This document shows, one piece after another, positions 42,206-56,550 of a stretch of 64,000 bases of DNA. A program made the translations under genes and the position numbers. Origin of the DNA: Eledone cirrhosa (lineage: Eukaryota); assembly GCA_964016885.1 (NCBI GenBank), contig OZ024740.1:402690001-402754000 (forward strand). Direction: 5' to 3'. Every line of letters starts with the position of its first letter. Positions within the stretch are counted from its first letter, which is position 1. The notes beneath the pieces were generated by a model that saw nothing but the letters and a program-made list of their open reading frames with translations, was not told where the DNA came from and did no database searches.

Positions 42206-43329
42206 AACAAAAATCATATGATGTTTCAAGACAGAGTAGGTGGGTTATTCGAACTATTTTGTCTATTTAATAAATGATGTAGGTCAGATATCGCATGCCA
42301 GAATGTAAGTCATTGTCTGAAAGGAATACTGGAGATTAACATTAAAGAGTGAACTCAATGTTTAAAAGTAATGGCAATGATAAGGATCCAAACAGCTTAC
42401 ACACAATTGATAAACACACATGAAAGAACCAAACGAATATTCAGAAAAATAGAGGGAAAGATTGACAATATATATATTACATCACTCAAAACACATTTTC
42501 AATGTTACGCAAAATGGTGGAAAAGATCTTAGAGAACGAGAGAAAGTAAAATAATAATATGACATTTGAAATTCGCTTTAAGTTCCATAATCGCAAAAGA
42601 TAAAATCCTCAAGGTATAGTAGAATGTAAAGTAGTGAAGAGGAAATGTTAGTGGTAGAAGTATTATTAATTTTAGTATCAATAGCATCAGTAACAGCATT
42701 ATTATTATCACTGATACCCTTACAGTCTCCATTATTCAAGATATTGATACTCTTGTTAGTCTTTATTTTTTATACTAGCTTTGTTATTTGTGTTTCTTTA
42801 TAACAATGTCTCTTCCCTTTCGGTTCTCATTAAATGCTGTCAACATTTCAATTTAAAACACATCTGTATATTTATCTCAATATTTCTACACCGTTGTCTT
42901 ATTTATTATTATTTTTTTTATTGTATTGCATTCATCAAGTTCTCTTAAAACGTTGTAAGTTGCTCACGCACAGAAAATGTATACGACGATATCCGATATG
43001 TATGGAAAACTTCTAAGACAGATCAAGTACTTTTGAAGCCATTTCTTGTTGAAAAACAAGAGTAAAAGTTAATATACAGACAGACACATATATCCTGACA
43101 GAACCATAGTCACATTGACACATAAAAACATACGCATTCACACAAAACCCACAAGTAAACTTACATATATACATACATATTTATATATATATATATATAT
43201 ATATACATTTATCTGTGTGTGCATGTGAGTGTGTGTGTGTGTGTGTGCGTGTGTGTGTGTGTGCGTGTGTGTGTATGTGTGTATGTATGTGTGTGTATGA
43301 GTGTGTGTGCGTGTGTGTGTCTGTGTATT

Positions 43330-43845
43330 TCGTATATCTAAAGACGTACGGTATGTTTAATAAATAAAGATTTTGAAAGTCCAGCTATGGATATTGAAAG
43401 GCTGACGGCCAGCGCTGTCTTGCAGATTCCAGCAGATGCAGCGAAGGTCAACTGTCTATACGATTTCGAGCTACTGTCTTTCACCAGAACTGTGCTTCCC
43501 TGCTCACTGTTGGAACTTGAAAACAGGCGAAAATATATAGTATCTTCACCTGTGTAGTTGGGCTGATTATCTTCATTTGCATACGAAGCAGTATAAGTTG
43601 GCTCAACTTAAAAGTAGAATTAAAATTTAGCTTGGGTATAGCTGTTTACATATATGTATGTGAATGTCGTATATCTAAACATATACGGTATGTTTAACAA
43701 ATAAATATTTTAAAAGCGCAGCTATGAATATTACTGGCGAATAGTAGCAGAAGCAGCAAGGGAGAACAATATATGTCTATTTAAAGCTACTGGTTCTCAT
43801 CAGGACACTGCTGGAACTTGAAAGCAGGCGAAAATATACTATCAT
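43330..43845 (+). repeat. Diverged tandem duplication (period ~337 bp)
   Basis: TCGTATATCTAAA...ACGGTATGTTTAA...CAGCTATG at ~43330 and ~43667. Confidence 0.7.
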
Positions 43846-44657
43846 TGGCTGTGGCTTACCTCCATATTTGTTATGTTCATACAGCTATGATGTGATTTTA
43901 GTGTGATTTGACTGTTACTTCAATCTTGTAAACGTTGGTGAATCAGGGTAATCTAATATTCTTAATTATTTCACAACTACTGTTCATGTTTTTCGTATTC
44001 TTTTTTCATATTTTCCTCTCCTGCTTTCTTCTTCGCCAACCTAATCTATTGGAACTAATGTATCGATATAGTCAAACATTGATATGATTATCAAAATAAC
44101 ATCACTGAAATAGGGTTTACTTTAAGATCAGAAGATATTAGAACTGGCCATATGTAATGTGCAAACATATAGGCCGGTGTTGCTGTGGCATAAATTTGCT
44201 ATAACAACGAAGTTCACAGCTGCATTGTTCAATTTATTTTCATCTTTTATCACTACTACAAAGTCCTTTGCCTTTCATCCTTATGGGGTCGATAAAATAA
44301 AGTACCAGCCACGCACTACGGTAGATTGAATCAACTTTCCTCTTCCCCAAAATTGCTGGCCTTGTGCCTATATAAGAAACCATCATTACTACAAAGTCCT
44401 CCATGTTCTCTGAAGTTACATTCTCCACCTATCCTTACAAATCTAATTGTTAAGCATACCTCCGTCTCCTTAACTGTGTTTCACAACCTATATCTTGCAC
44501 TAAATCCAGTCACACAATCCTTCTTCCACTAAAATACCACCTTGTGTAATTTCTACTACCGTTGTTCCCTACCAGCATAGACGTACGCATTTTTAAGTGG
44601 ACCCTCAGCATCATAAATTGCACCAGTCGGTATCATCTGAAGTGGTTTTACTATCGG

Positions 44658-44871
44658 TTACTGATTTGGGCACAAGGTGATCAATTTTGAGGGGGGGGGG
44701 GATAATCAAATCAATACCAGTACATTACTGGTACTTTATTTTATCGACCCCGTGAGGCTGAAAGGCAAAGATAACCTCGGCAAGATTTGAACTCAGAACG
44801 TAAAGAGCCGTAACTAAATACTGCAATGCATTTTGTCCGACGCTCTATCCATTCTTCCAGCCCACCGCCCT
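44658..44871 (-). mobile_element. tRNA-derived SINE related to family A (further partial or degenerate copies ~9840-9990, 20330-20530, 40400-40480, 44265-44385, 45825-46047, 46185-46332, 58797-58945)
   Basis: Contains CTGGTACTTTATTTTATCGACCCCG and GATTTGAACTCAG. Confidence 0.8.
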
Positions 44872-46429
44872 TAAAGTGGTTTTAATAATAGCAACGATTA
44901 TACTTGGGTATCGTACATTAAAAACAAATTAATTTAACTTTCATCAGCATGTTTTTTATTGAGAGTTTGGGTGGGGAATCTTATACCGCCTTCAACTTAC
45001 ACATTCTTATATATTCCACATGCAATCTTTCAAATTACTTGCCTCCTTAATCTTTAATTTTTTATCACTTCCGTTCATCTTTTTTGTTTTATTTTGTCAT
45101 TGTCAATTGACTCCTCTCTCCTTATCTTACAACTTAAAGGGATAAATATATAGAAAAAAGAGCAGACACGTGTGTATATAATATTTTTGATTTTAATTTT
45201 TGAATATTACATACACACATTTTTCCGATACCACCTGCCGTTTATATCTGAGATAGTCATGTTTTACACATATTGCACCTTGTAAGATATTCCGAAGTTT
45301 GTGTTGTAGTTCCTGTACTTTTCGTATCTAAGAAGAAAAAAACAAAAGAAACACGGAGTTACGATCATCAAGAATAAGAGTACAAATGTATCGAGAAAGA
45401 AGATGGAAGACAAAAATAAAAACAGAAAAGATCTGTTGAATATGATAATGATTATTATGATAGAAATAACGATGATAATGATAATAATAAGAATTGATGA
45501 TTGTATTGAGAATTGTATGGTGAAGAACTAAGGTGGAGGAGAGACACTTCATTGCGTATAAGATTGAAAGAGGAATGTTTTTAATGGGACGAAAAATAGT
45601 GAAATCGATTTGGGAAAATAATGAAGTAAACTAAACATAGAAAAAGAGGGAGAAAAAATTGACAGCAATATTTCAAATGTAAAATAATAATAGAAGCAAT
45701 ATACATCTCAACAGTGAAATATGATGTGCAACATTTCTTATGAATTTTGCTTGTTACATATAAAACAATTTTGCATATAAAATATATTTAAAATGTACAC
45801 ATACTTATAATAACGTTTATAATATTGATTTCTAATCTAGATAAAAACCTGCTATTCGTTGGGAGGGGGAGCAGATTATGTCGAAGTCGGTATTTCAATG
45901 GTTCTTATTTTATCGAGTCGGTAGAATGAAAGGCATTGCTGACTTCGGCGGGATTTGAACTCAGGATGTAAAGAACCTGCACAATTACCGCAAAGTGTTT
46001 TAGCCAACTTTCTGACGTTTCTGACGATTCTGCCAATCCACCACCCTAACAATATTGATAATATTAAAGTGATAATAATGACGATGTTAAAAATGAAAAT
46101 TATGATAATGCTGCTGCTGTTATAAGGAAGTCAAAACGGATGATATTGCTGCCGATGATTATCATTATTATTTATTCTTTCATCACAGTTTGAGTTCATC
46201 TCCCACCGAGGTTAGTTTTGCCTTTCATCCTTACGGGGTCGATAAAATAAAGTACCAGTCACGCACTGGGGTCGATCTAATCAATCTCCCCATTCCCTAA
46301 AATTGCTGGCCTTGTGTCTATATAAGAAACCATTCTTTCATCACAGTTTTATTTTTCAACTCCTGGATACTTGCCTGAGAAGAGAGCTTACTACCAGCAG
46401 CCTACGGTACACTGCAATTACTTCTCTGC

Positions 46430-46985
46430 AGCTATTTATTACTTGCCGTGCAAAGAAGCAAACGTTTTGCACCAATGGACACATTATTCTAATTTGTTTA
46501 TATTCATCTCAATATCTATTGGTGCTGTCCTCAAAGTCCCCAAAACAGTCGGCAATATATTCCTCCTTTTTCATTTTCCCCAGTCGGATTATTGTACACG
46601 TCTACTTTCTCACCCTCCTTCTTAAATATCCGTTAGCCAAATGGGCCTGAAACGTCGATTGCTACACATATGATTTTGTCCAGTTTGTTGTGTGCAGGGA
46701 ACTGGTCCGTTTGGGAAATCCCACTGGAGTTTGAAAGTCTCCGACTCAGTAACTCTATGTGGTTTGTGGTCGTACCATGTCTTACCTCCCTCAAATCTCA
46801 AATTTGTCAACGGCTTCCAATACAGACCTTTTATCACCTTATCGTGTCTTCACAACTTACCCTGGTTTTGGACAAGTCTAGGACAGTCTGTTACAATATG
46901 GGTAATACTCAGCACAGCGGAGACAGCTGCTCACTTCTAAGATTGAGCCTCCATTTTGTGACCAAAGCTTGGCTGCATTGCAAGT
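46430..46985 (-). mobile_element. Degenerate R4/Dong-clade LINE zinc knuckle + restriction-like endonuclease fragment
   Basis: SITHIVTDCPRL...RHDKVIKGLYWK...WYDHKP..V.ESE..KLQWDF...AIDVSGP...KEGEKV...PTVLGTL. Confidence 0.75.
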
Positions 46986-47173
46986 TATATTGCTGATAGT
47001 TTCCTTTTTTATTTCTCCTTTCTTCATCAGTTTCACTTATGGTCAGTTGACATCATGTCATATATACATGCATACGTACATATACATATGTATGCATACA
47101 TATATACATAAATATATATGTATATATATACACATATATATATATAAATACATATATATATATATATATATAT

Positions 47174-47448
<275 letters not shown>

Positions 47449-47664
47449 TAGTAAGTAAGTTAATTTTTTAAAATTTTCTTATTTTACGTCTTTTATATTA
47501 TTGTTCTGCTTCCTCCTGCATTGAACTACCTAGGTACTATGACATAACCTGTGTATTTGCTAGCATTAGCGTACATCTGTACGCATATGTTAGTAGATAT
47601 ACTAAATTCTCTATATTTATCTCCAAATTACTTATTTGTCGAGCAAACCTGCCAAAACCACTAC

Positions 47665-47717
47665 TGGGTAATAGGAACGAGTAGGACCCCGACGGCTGAG
47701 CTCAAGCCGTTTCAACG
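47665..47717 (-). mobile_element. Fragment of the half-hammerhead family (CGTC-GAAACGGCTTGAGCTCAGCCGTC-GGGG)
   Basis: Reverse complement of ~61579-61631. Confidence 0.8.
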
Positions 47718-47932
47718 AGATCACGGCGATAATGATGACAACGATGACGGTGATCGCCACCACAACAACACTAATATCAACACGAACAACAAACCTACAA
47801 GAACCTAGCCACACCAGTCACCGTCTTATATACATACAGATGCATTTTCTTTCTCTCACATACACGTATATATATATATATTGTTGGTGGTGGTGATCAC
47901 GTCATCGTTGTCATCATTATCGCCGTGGTCTC
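47717..47932. repeat. Inverted repeat, ~52-bp arms (47717-47768 / 47881-47932)
   Basis: GAGATCACGGCGATAATGATGACAACGATGACG vs CGTCATCGTTGTCATCATTATCGCCGTGGTCTC. Confidence 0.85.
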
Positions 47933-48180
47933 TTCGTGATGTGGATAATAATGCTGATGAACCCTTATTCCCTCTACTTCCTCACAACTGGATATAAAAA
48001 ATACACAAATATAAATATCAATAATAACACTCAAAGATAGTAATAAATAAAATAAACGAAACGTCATTCTATGAAAATATAGCAGAAAATCTTTGCCATG
48101 AATATCTAAATAGGGCTCATTGGACGTTGTCAGACAGATGACTGGCAACTGATGTCAAATGATAGCAGTTAAAGATGTCC

Positions 48181-48221
48181 TCTCGCGAGATTTGATTACA
48201 GGCCTACCTCCGGAAATGACG
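48181..48221. promoter_or_regulatory. Possible housekeeping-type promoter motifs
   Basis: Perfect TCTCGCGAGA (48181-90) and an ETS-CRE-like CCGGAAATGACG (48210-21) within 40 bp; no linked gene seen. Confidence 0.3.
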
Positions 48222-48412
48222 CCTGGGCAGTACTGAAATGTAAATATACCTAATCTGGCGGCTAGTGAATAGAATAACGTGATGTCAGTAGCAGCAACCA
48301 TTGCTACAACCACAGCAGAAGCAGCAGCATTAAACTAGCAAGCAAGCATGTGTCTTCAATGATTGCATCACCAATTATAGTATAACGACAAAAGTAGACG
48401 ATGAAGAGTATA

Positions 48413-48491
<79 letters not shown>

Positions 48492-48770
48492 TATATATAT
48501 ATATATATATTTCACTAAATTCTGTGGATGAATTTAAATCCTGATTCTCTTTTGAGATGAGTTTGAATTATTTTTCATACATCTTACGTTAACTATTTTT
48601 CCCATTTTGGCGCTATAGTCGCATATATATTATGGAATAATGTTAGCTTCTCGCTACAACAATTTCTATATCTTTAAATTATATATATATATATATATAT
48701 AATCAAGGTTTAGCAAATAAGAAAAAGGTTAAAAATAAATTTCAAAAAATTCACTGTACTTACTATGGTT

Positions 48771-48857
48771 ACCTTTACCGAATCGGTTTCGAGTCTCAAA
48801 AATAAATGGAAAGTCCTTACGGGCTTCCATTGAAAAGATAAACTCTCGTCAGAAGGT
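48771..48857 (-). ncRNA. Type I hammerhead ribozyme, intact
   Basis: Minus strand: ACCTT-CTGACGA-GAGTTT...AATGGAAG/CTTTCCATT...AGACTC-GAA-ACCG-ATT-CGGT-A-AAGGT; in a ~190-bp segment between TA runs. Confidence 0.85.
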
Positions 48858-49125
48858 TCTTTTCACTCGGAGAATATAAAATTCCCGAGTTCATATATAT
48901 ATATGTATATATATACATTTCGTTTCTGAATTTGTTTAGCAAGATTATTTACCTGAAAACGTGTGTTGAAATCGATATTGTTATGCTTTGGGAGGGTCAT
49001 GTTGCCAATAAGAAACACACGCACCAGTAGCTTTCACTCCAATTTATTATAAATTAAATTTATTATAAGTTAAATTTATATATATATATGTATATAATGT
49101 ATGTGTATATATACATACACATATA

Positions 49126-49209
49126 TAACGAAGGAAATGTGGTAAGGAACCAGGTGGACTAATTCGCCGTCGAAACGGCTTGAGCTCAGCCGTCGGGGTC
49201 TTACTTGTT

Positions 49210-49213
<4 letters not shown>
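49126..49213. mobile_element. Half-hammerhead family, rearranged: minus-strand 3' terminus (49126-49159) joined to an inverted upstream piece (49166-49213)
   Basis: The two pieces match ~61671-61704 (reverse) and 61577-61624 (forward). Confidence 0.8.
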
Positions 49214-49261
<48 letters not shown>

Positions 49262-49275
49262 CGCATATATATTAC

Positions 49276-49435
<160 letters not shown>

Positions 49436-49659
49436 CAAAGGTATATATTCAGTTAGAAACTCAAAATAGTTACTTACAATTAAATATAAAAGAGAGATAA
49501 ACACAGATATAAACATATATGTGTTCAAATCGTAAGGGACCTTATTCGCTGGGGTGAAAATATACTAACTCTTAACAATATGGTTTGCCAGACTTAATTT
49601 AAAATAATAAATCAAGAAAAAGGAATAGAATACAAACCTATAATCGACAACTGCTTGAA

Positions 49660-49734
49660 CACCCAGACAACTTTGATTGGCTATTTCGCAATTTTAGCGA
49701 AGGGAATTACCAATTCTTTGCTCATCAGTGGGTG
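49660..49734 (-). ncRNA. Type I hammerhead ribozyme, intact core
   Basis: Minus strand: CACCCA-CTGATGA-GCAA...TTGC-GAA-ATAGC-CAATCAAA-GTTGT-C-TGGGTG. Confidence 0.85.
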
Positions 49735-49983
49735 GAGAATTAGTAATCCCTTCACTTCTAAGTACCTCAAATGACTGAATAGTGTGCGAATAGAAAATAA
49801 CGCACATGGTATCAGAACCTAGCGTGTCTCATAAACGTATGCTACTAAAAATAGCCGCCAGTTTACACGACATTTAAATTAGCTGAACATAATTTGAAGG
49901 AGCCGAATATATCAAAGGTGTATATTGAGTTAACATCTTATATTCAATTTTATATATATATATATGTATATATATAAATATAT

Positions 49984-50197
49984 AATGAATAAAAATAACC
50001 AGGATTAGATCACATTGAATTATTTAATTGATATATTTTGTGTTACGGACGTTTCACTCAATTCAACAGGAAATATATTTCTGCTGAATTTATTTTGAAC
50101 GCTATAAGTAAAAATTATTTACCGACCACTTGTCCGAACATCTCGTAACTCAATTGAATAACTTAATGTGATTTAATCCTAGTTATTTTTAGTCATT
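49984..50197. repeat. Diverged fold-back next to (TA)n with remnant GAAACGTC
   Basis: 49984-50031 vs 50150-50197 are reverse complements; internal hairpin AATTCAACAG/CTGCTGAATT. Confidence 0.6.
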
Positions 50198-51037
50198 TTA
50201 TATATGCTCATTGATATTGTATAACTATTGTAATTGGAAATTTACTGATTGGATTAAACTCTGAACTGTCTTTTACCTATCTTGGTGTGATCTATAAAAT
50301 CACCTTTGAGCTTTGAATTAGTATTTGCCTATATATGGCTGTGACATCAACTCATCTAAACTATAATATATATGTGTGTGTGTGCGTGTATGTGTGTGTG
50401 TGTGCGTTTGTTTGTGTGTGTGCTTGTATGCATGTGTTTGTGCATAAATCTGAAACAATGTAATTTATGTTGGGTAGTATACACAGATCTCTTCTACAAA
50501 TAATATATTCACTCTGCTGTACCCACTCTGCTGTTCTATTCTGTCTCGCACATTATTGCTGCTTTTCTTTTTCTTACTTTAATGACTTGGATAGAGAGTG
50601 AAAAGAGGCGCCTATGATTATTTTCATCGCCTGACTGGCAGAAGAAAAGAGAATTATTTTCAGATTTGGAGAGTATGGTTTTAATAAATCTGCGTCATTA
50701 AAGGCGATCGAGGTTCTAGTGGGCGTTTTAAGTGATGTGACGGATTATGTCTACAACTCCCTAACGGGAACTCTTTCTATAACCCTTTCCATACAATCGT
50801 CAGGCTACCAAATTTCACTGGCAAAATGTTGGTTAACAATAAGTTATGGTAGAATACTATGTACAGGAGCTTCTTTTACTGGGATCGTAACTGAAGCTAA
50901 ATTGTTTTGTAGCATATGTTTAAACCCAACGACCTAATCTTTACTTCTAATCCGTTTCTACCCAGAAAATATTGTCTCTCACTCATTCTTAAGATTCCCC
51001 AAAGGGGACTCATATTAATACACCTTCTCTACAATTA

Positions 51038-51075
<38 letters not shown>

Positions 51076-51939
51076 CATAAGTGCGCGTTATTAGAAAACA
51101 TCTAGTAGGATATAACATAAGCAGGAAATGTCGAGAATACATGAGGAAAATAAAGTGAAAAGACTTTCAGTCACCTGTGAGATCATTTGTTTTAACGAAG
51201 TGAAAATTATAAATTAATGAGGATCAATACCATAAGAAATACGATATTGCCAGCCGATGGCAAGGAAATGTTTACACTACAAGATTCAACATCATACAGC
51301 GTGTTACACCTCGAATATAAGAAAGAAAATTTTAAAAAGAAATATCACTGATGTATTGTACTGTCATTTAAAACAGATCTAAAAAGATGTTAGAGTCTCA
51401 AGCTAGAAGCCAAATAAATGAGAATATTTAGAAAAGCAATTATTGCATTTCGTAAGCGAAAGCATACCGAACAAGATTAAATCTATCACAAATATGGGAA
51501 GCAAGACATTTTCTGACATTGTAGAACCATTTTTAAATATAGAAAACTTGATCATGTGACATTGTTTTGGTTGGTTGTTGTAGCACTTGTATGTGCGCAT
51601 GCGTAGAACAGCTTGCGAAATGTTTATCTTTTCGCGTATAACATGTTACGAAGAGAAGTAAGCAGAGGTAGTCTACATATCATTTAATAGACAGAGATAC
51701 AGTATTTAATTTATGAAAAAAGAATAATTTTAAATTGTTCTCCTTTTTATATATGTGTATTCCAGTGTGCTGATAAAAGTGTATATCTTCCATTTTGAAA
51801 TGTATTATTCACCATAATTACCTCTTCTGAGGAACAGAAGGCATACATAAGGCAACATCCACTTCTCAAATATCCATATATTCTTTGTTATCATCAAAAT
51901 AGTAGAAAAGTTTGAATCTGGTGGATCAGGACCTGACAG

Positions 51940-52042
<103 letters not shown>

Positions 52043-52105
52043 CCTCCCTCTCTCTCTCTCTCTCTCTCTCGCTCTTACTCTCTCACTCTCTCTCTCTCTC
52101 CATCT

Positions 52106-52179
<74 letters not shown>

Positions 52180-52570
52180 TGGAATATTGGCATGTACTGT
52201 GGAAGAGGTACTCTGGTAAATCAAAAGAGAACTAATATGTGTGTAACTAAGCGCAATATCACATACAAAAAGGTCCCGCCTGCTAATGTGAATTATATAT
52301 CAAAACCTCACCTAAAACAGGTAAGAATATTAGGTATGTCATATTTTAACAAAATGATGCAAAGCCACAATTCGCAAATGCCATGACAGAATACATGTTT
52401 AGTTACAAAATAAATAGCTCACAAGTTTACATGACTAACGCCTCTGCATTGAATAATTATAGTTGAAAGTCGTTCTTTACTCATAATAAACAATATATGA
52501 ACTTATATATACATGTATACGCAAACACACATACACATACATGCATACATATGTATGTATGTGTATGTTA

Positions 52571-52755
52571 AAGACCCCGACGGCAGAGCTCAAGCCGTTT
52601 CGACGGGTATTTCAGTCCAGAAATGGCCGTCGAAACGGCTTGAGCTCTGCCGTCGGGGTCTTGAACATGTTCCTATAACCCACTCTACTACCCTAAGTAT
52701 TGAGTACTCTGGTGCGTTATGGTCCATCTGGTTCCTTACCACATTTCCTTCGTTA
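52571..52755 (+). mobile_element. Half-hammerhead family copy with 5' fold-back (palindrome 52571-52662)
   Basis: Arms AAGACCCCGACGGCAGAGCTCAAGCCGTTTCGACGG and its reverse complement; the 3' tail ends CCTTCGTTA(TA)n. Confidence 0.85.
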
Positions 52756-53292
52756 TATATATATATATCTATATATATATATATATATTGGTAAACGGAA
52801 TAGAAAATGCTGACAAATTGTTCACAGTTGAAAAATGGTTTAATTAGGAATAAAAGAGTATTAGTGATTGTATGGGTTAGTATTCAGTTGTGGTTTTAAG
52901 TTTTTAAGTTTTTACCGGTTGCGCATTTCTAAATGCTTTTCAAAAATAATTTTGAGATAGAGTGTCCGTGCTGTTTGCTCTGATCTGATTAGTTTTGGGA
53001 ATTCTACCTGTTTTTATGTTAAAAAAGTGGCTCCAGCGTTATTTTTGTGTTGCAAAAATGCTTGTGGTCAAAACAATTTTTATTGGTCGGTAGAGGTCAT
53101 GTGAATGTAAAAAGTTGATTTTGCGCCAAGACTGTTTTTATGTTAAAAAAGTGGGTCCAGCAAAAATTCTTGGTCAAAACAATTTTGATTGGTCGGTAGA
53201 GGTCATGTGGATAAAAAATTGGTTTTGCGCCAAGATTGAGAAATGACTCTTTCACAACAAATATGTGTGTGTGTGTGTGTGTGTGAGTGTGT

Positions 53293-53358
<66 letters not shown>

Positions 53359-53441
53359 AGTAGTAGTAGTAAGGTGTTCGATGCTGCGACAATGGCCAGC
53401 AGCGATGTGTGTCAAATGGCTATTAAGATAAGTGTGTGTGT

Positions 53442-53491
<50 letters not shown>

Positions 53492-54009
53492 CAGAGTAAT
53501 TCGATGGTCAGTAAGAATGTGTCTGAAAGCAATGGGGGTATTTTAGCATGTCAAAAGATATTTTTCAGCTTTTGTCTTATACGGAGAAGTGCGTGTGTGT
53601 GTGTGTGTGTGTGTATAAGTCTCTTTGTATGTTGATGTACGCGTGTGTATGTGTTTGTGTATATATGTGTGTGTGTGTGTGTGTGTATGTGTGTGGGTGG
53701 ACCAGTATTTTTTTCCCCCTGGTAAAATGGTGTACATTATTCGATTTTTTCAGTAAAATCGGTTCTCTTAATAGAACATCAAAAATCTTAACAATAAAAG
53801 GTGTGAAATGATATTCACTATATATATATACACATACATATATTCACTACATATATATATACATATATATATACATATATATGCACATATATTTTTTTGT
53901 ATTGCACCATAGAGCATGTGTGTTTACGTGTGTCATTGTGTTTATATGTGGGTAGAGATGTGTGCTGATGTAGGTATGTATGTTGATGTGTGTATGTTGT
54001 GGGTTCGTC

Positions 54010-54746
54010 TTAGGGAGAAATGTTTAGACGGGGTCCGTATTTGTTAATGAAGTAAGATTCCTTGCTGATGCGCTGGGTGTGGGTGGCATTATCTTTAAAT
54101 TTGTAGAGGGGAAAGATTCTGAAGTTGGGATGATTTGGGGCGGCACAGGTATCAATGTGTTCACTCAGTGGTATTTTCCTGTATTCCCGTATTTTAATTT
54201 GGGATCTATGGACAGTCATGCGTTGGCGGAGGCTGTTTTTGGTCTGGCCTATGTATTGTTCTCGACAACCTGAACAAGTTAATACATATATTAGATTTTC
54301 CGATGCACATGTGAAATTGTGTTTACTATAAAACGTTGTCCATCTTTGAAATAGAATTCCGAACCCTCTATGAGGTTGATGCAAATGCCACAGTTGGGTC
54401 TATCGCATTTTTTTACTGTGGGTTTCGTTGTTGTGGTTGGCAGTACTTTGGCATGTGTTAAGATGTTTTTCATTGACTTGGATTGTCTTTTGCTCTTTAT
54501 GATATCGTGTGTTCGTAGAATTTGGTTCATTCTATGGTCCTTTTTCAATACAGGGATGTTCCGGAGGATGATGTCAAAGGCCTCATTGTTGAGGGGGTTG
54601 TGTGTGGAGATGTATGGAATAGCTTTTAGTTTTGGTTGATTTACTTTAGGGTGTCTAAGGTCCTGGGTACTGAGTTTTAGGGCACGTTGGATTCCATTCT
54701 CGATTAGTGATGCAGGGTAGTCCCTGCCTATGAGTGTGTCCTTTAG
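54010..54746 (-). pseudogene. Penelope-like linker + GIY-YIG endonuclease, left arm, 1-bp frameshift near 54325
   Basis: ORFs 54291-55004 and 54010-54384 together mirror 55073-55810. Confidence 0.88.
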
Positions 54747-54791
54747 ATCTTGTAGCCGTAGTCCCTGCCTATGAGTGTGTCCTTTAGTTCT

Positions 54792-55072
54792 TGGCACGAA
54801 AACATAGAAAAACTTAAAGAATTTCACACCCTTATAAATGGGCTCAACACAAATATTAACTTCACGATAGAATACAGCCATCAATAACTCCCCTTCCTCG
54901 ACATCCTCATTAAGATCCATAACAAAAAAATAGAAACAGACATATACTACAAGCCCACAGACTCCAAGCAATATCTCCCCTTCAACGCTTGCCACCCTAG
55001 ACACGTTAAAATTAATATTCCCTACAACTTAGCCAAGAGAATCTGTACTATAGTCTCCAATAAAAACATCTG
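54792..55072 (+). pseudogene. Penelope-like reverse transcriptase C-terminal/thumb fragment
   Basis: Translates WHENIEKLKEFHTLINGLNTNINFTIEYSHQ*LPFLDILI...ETDIYYKPTDSKQYLPFNACHPRHVKINIPYNLAKRICTIVSN. Confidence 0.85.
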
Positions 55073-55810
55073 CTAAAGGACACACTCATAGGCAGGGACT
55101 ACCCTGCATCACTAATTGACAATGGAATCCAACGTGCCCTAAAGCTCAGTACCCAGGACCTTAGACACCCTAAAGTAAATCAACCAAAACTAAAAGCTCT
55201 TCCATACATCTCCACACACAACCCCCTCAACAATGAGGCCTTTGACATCATCCTCCAGAACATCCCTGTATTGAAAAAGGACCATAGAATGAACCAAATT
55301 CTACGAACACACGATATCATAAAGAGCAAAAGACAATCCAAGTCAATGAAAAACATCTTAACACATGCCAAAGTACTGCCAACCACAACAACGAAACCCA
55401 CAGTAAAAAAATGCGATAGACCCAACTGTGGCATTTGCATCAACCTAATAGAGGGTTCGGAATTCTATTTCAAAGATGGACAACGTTTTATAGTAAAACA
55501 CAATTTCACATGTGCATCGGAAAATCTAATATATGTATTAACTTGTTCAGGTTGTCGAGAACAATACATAGGCCAGACCAAAAACAGCCTCCGCCAACGC
55601 ATGACTGTCCATAGATCCCAAATTAAAATACGGGAATACAGGAAAATACCACTGAGTGAACACATTGATACCTGTGCCGCCCAAAATCATCCCAACTTCA
55701 GAATCTTTCCCCTCTACAAATTTAAAGATAATGCCACCCACACCCAGCGCATCAGCAAGGAATCTTACTTCATTAACAAATACGGACCCCGTCTAAACAC
55801 TTCTCCCTAA
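55073..55810 (+). CDS. Penelope-like Cys-rich linker + GIY-YIG endonuclease (open 245-codon frame, N-terminally truncated)
   Basis: CDRPNCGIC linker; LIYVLTCSGCREQYIGQT; LRQRMTVH; HIDTC; RISKESYFI..GPRLN. Confidence 0.85.
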   Translation, partial: LKDTLIGRDYPASLIDNGIQRALKLSTQDLRHPKVNQPKLKALPYISTHNPLNNEAFDIILQNIPVLKKDHRMNQILRTHDIIKSKRQSKSMKNILTHAKVLPTTTTKPTVKKCDRPNCGICINLIEGSEFYFKDGQRFIVKHNFTCASENLIYVLTCSGCREQYIGQTKNSLRQRMTVHRSQIKIREYRKIPLSEHIDTCAAQNHPNFRIFPLYKFKDNATHTQRISKESYFINKYGPRLNTSP

Positions 55811-56119
55811 GACGAACCCACAACATACACACATCAACATACATACCTACATCAGCACACATCTCTACCCACATATAAACACAATGACACACGTAAACAC
55901 ACATGCTCTATGGTGCAATACAAAAAAATATATGTGCATATATATGTATGTATATATGTATATATATATGTAGTGAATATATGTATGTGTATATATATAT
56001 AGTGAATATCATTTCACACCTTTTATTGTTAAGATTTTTGATGTTCTATTAAGAGAACCGATTTTACTGAAAAAATCGAATAATGTACACCATTTTACCA
56101 GGGGGAAAAAAATACTGGT

Positions 56120-56156
<37 letters not shown>

Positions 56157-56328
56157 CACAAACACATACACACGCGTACATCAACATACAAAGAGACTTA
56201 TACACACACACACACACACACGCGCGCACTTCTCCGTATAAGACAAAAGCTGAAAAATATCTTTTGACATGCCAAAATACCCCCCATTGCTTTCAGACAC
56301 ATTCTTACTGACCATCGAATTACTCTGC

Positions 56329-56401
<73 letters not shown>

Positions 56402-56472
56402 ATCTTAATAGCCATTTGACACACATCGCTGCTGGCCATTGTCGCAGCATCGAACACCTTACTAATACTACT

Positions 56473-56550
<78 letters not shown>

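Noticed and set aside
50664-50937. Open frame after a TTTTCAG acceptor-like site as a host exon
   Set aside because: No recognisable domain, donor site or partner exons.
51594-51605. NRF1-like TGCGCATGCGTA
   Set aside because: Single imperfect motif in a genome full of alternating purine-pyrimidine repeats.
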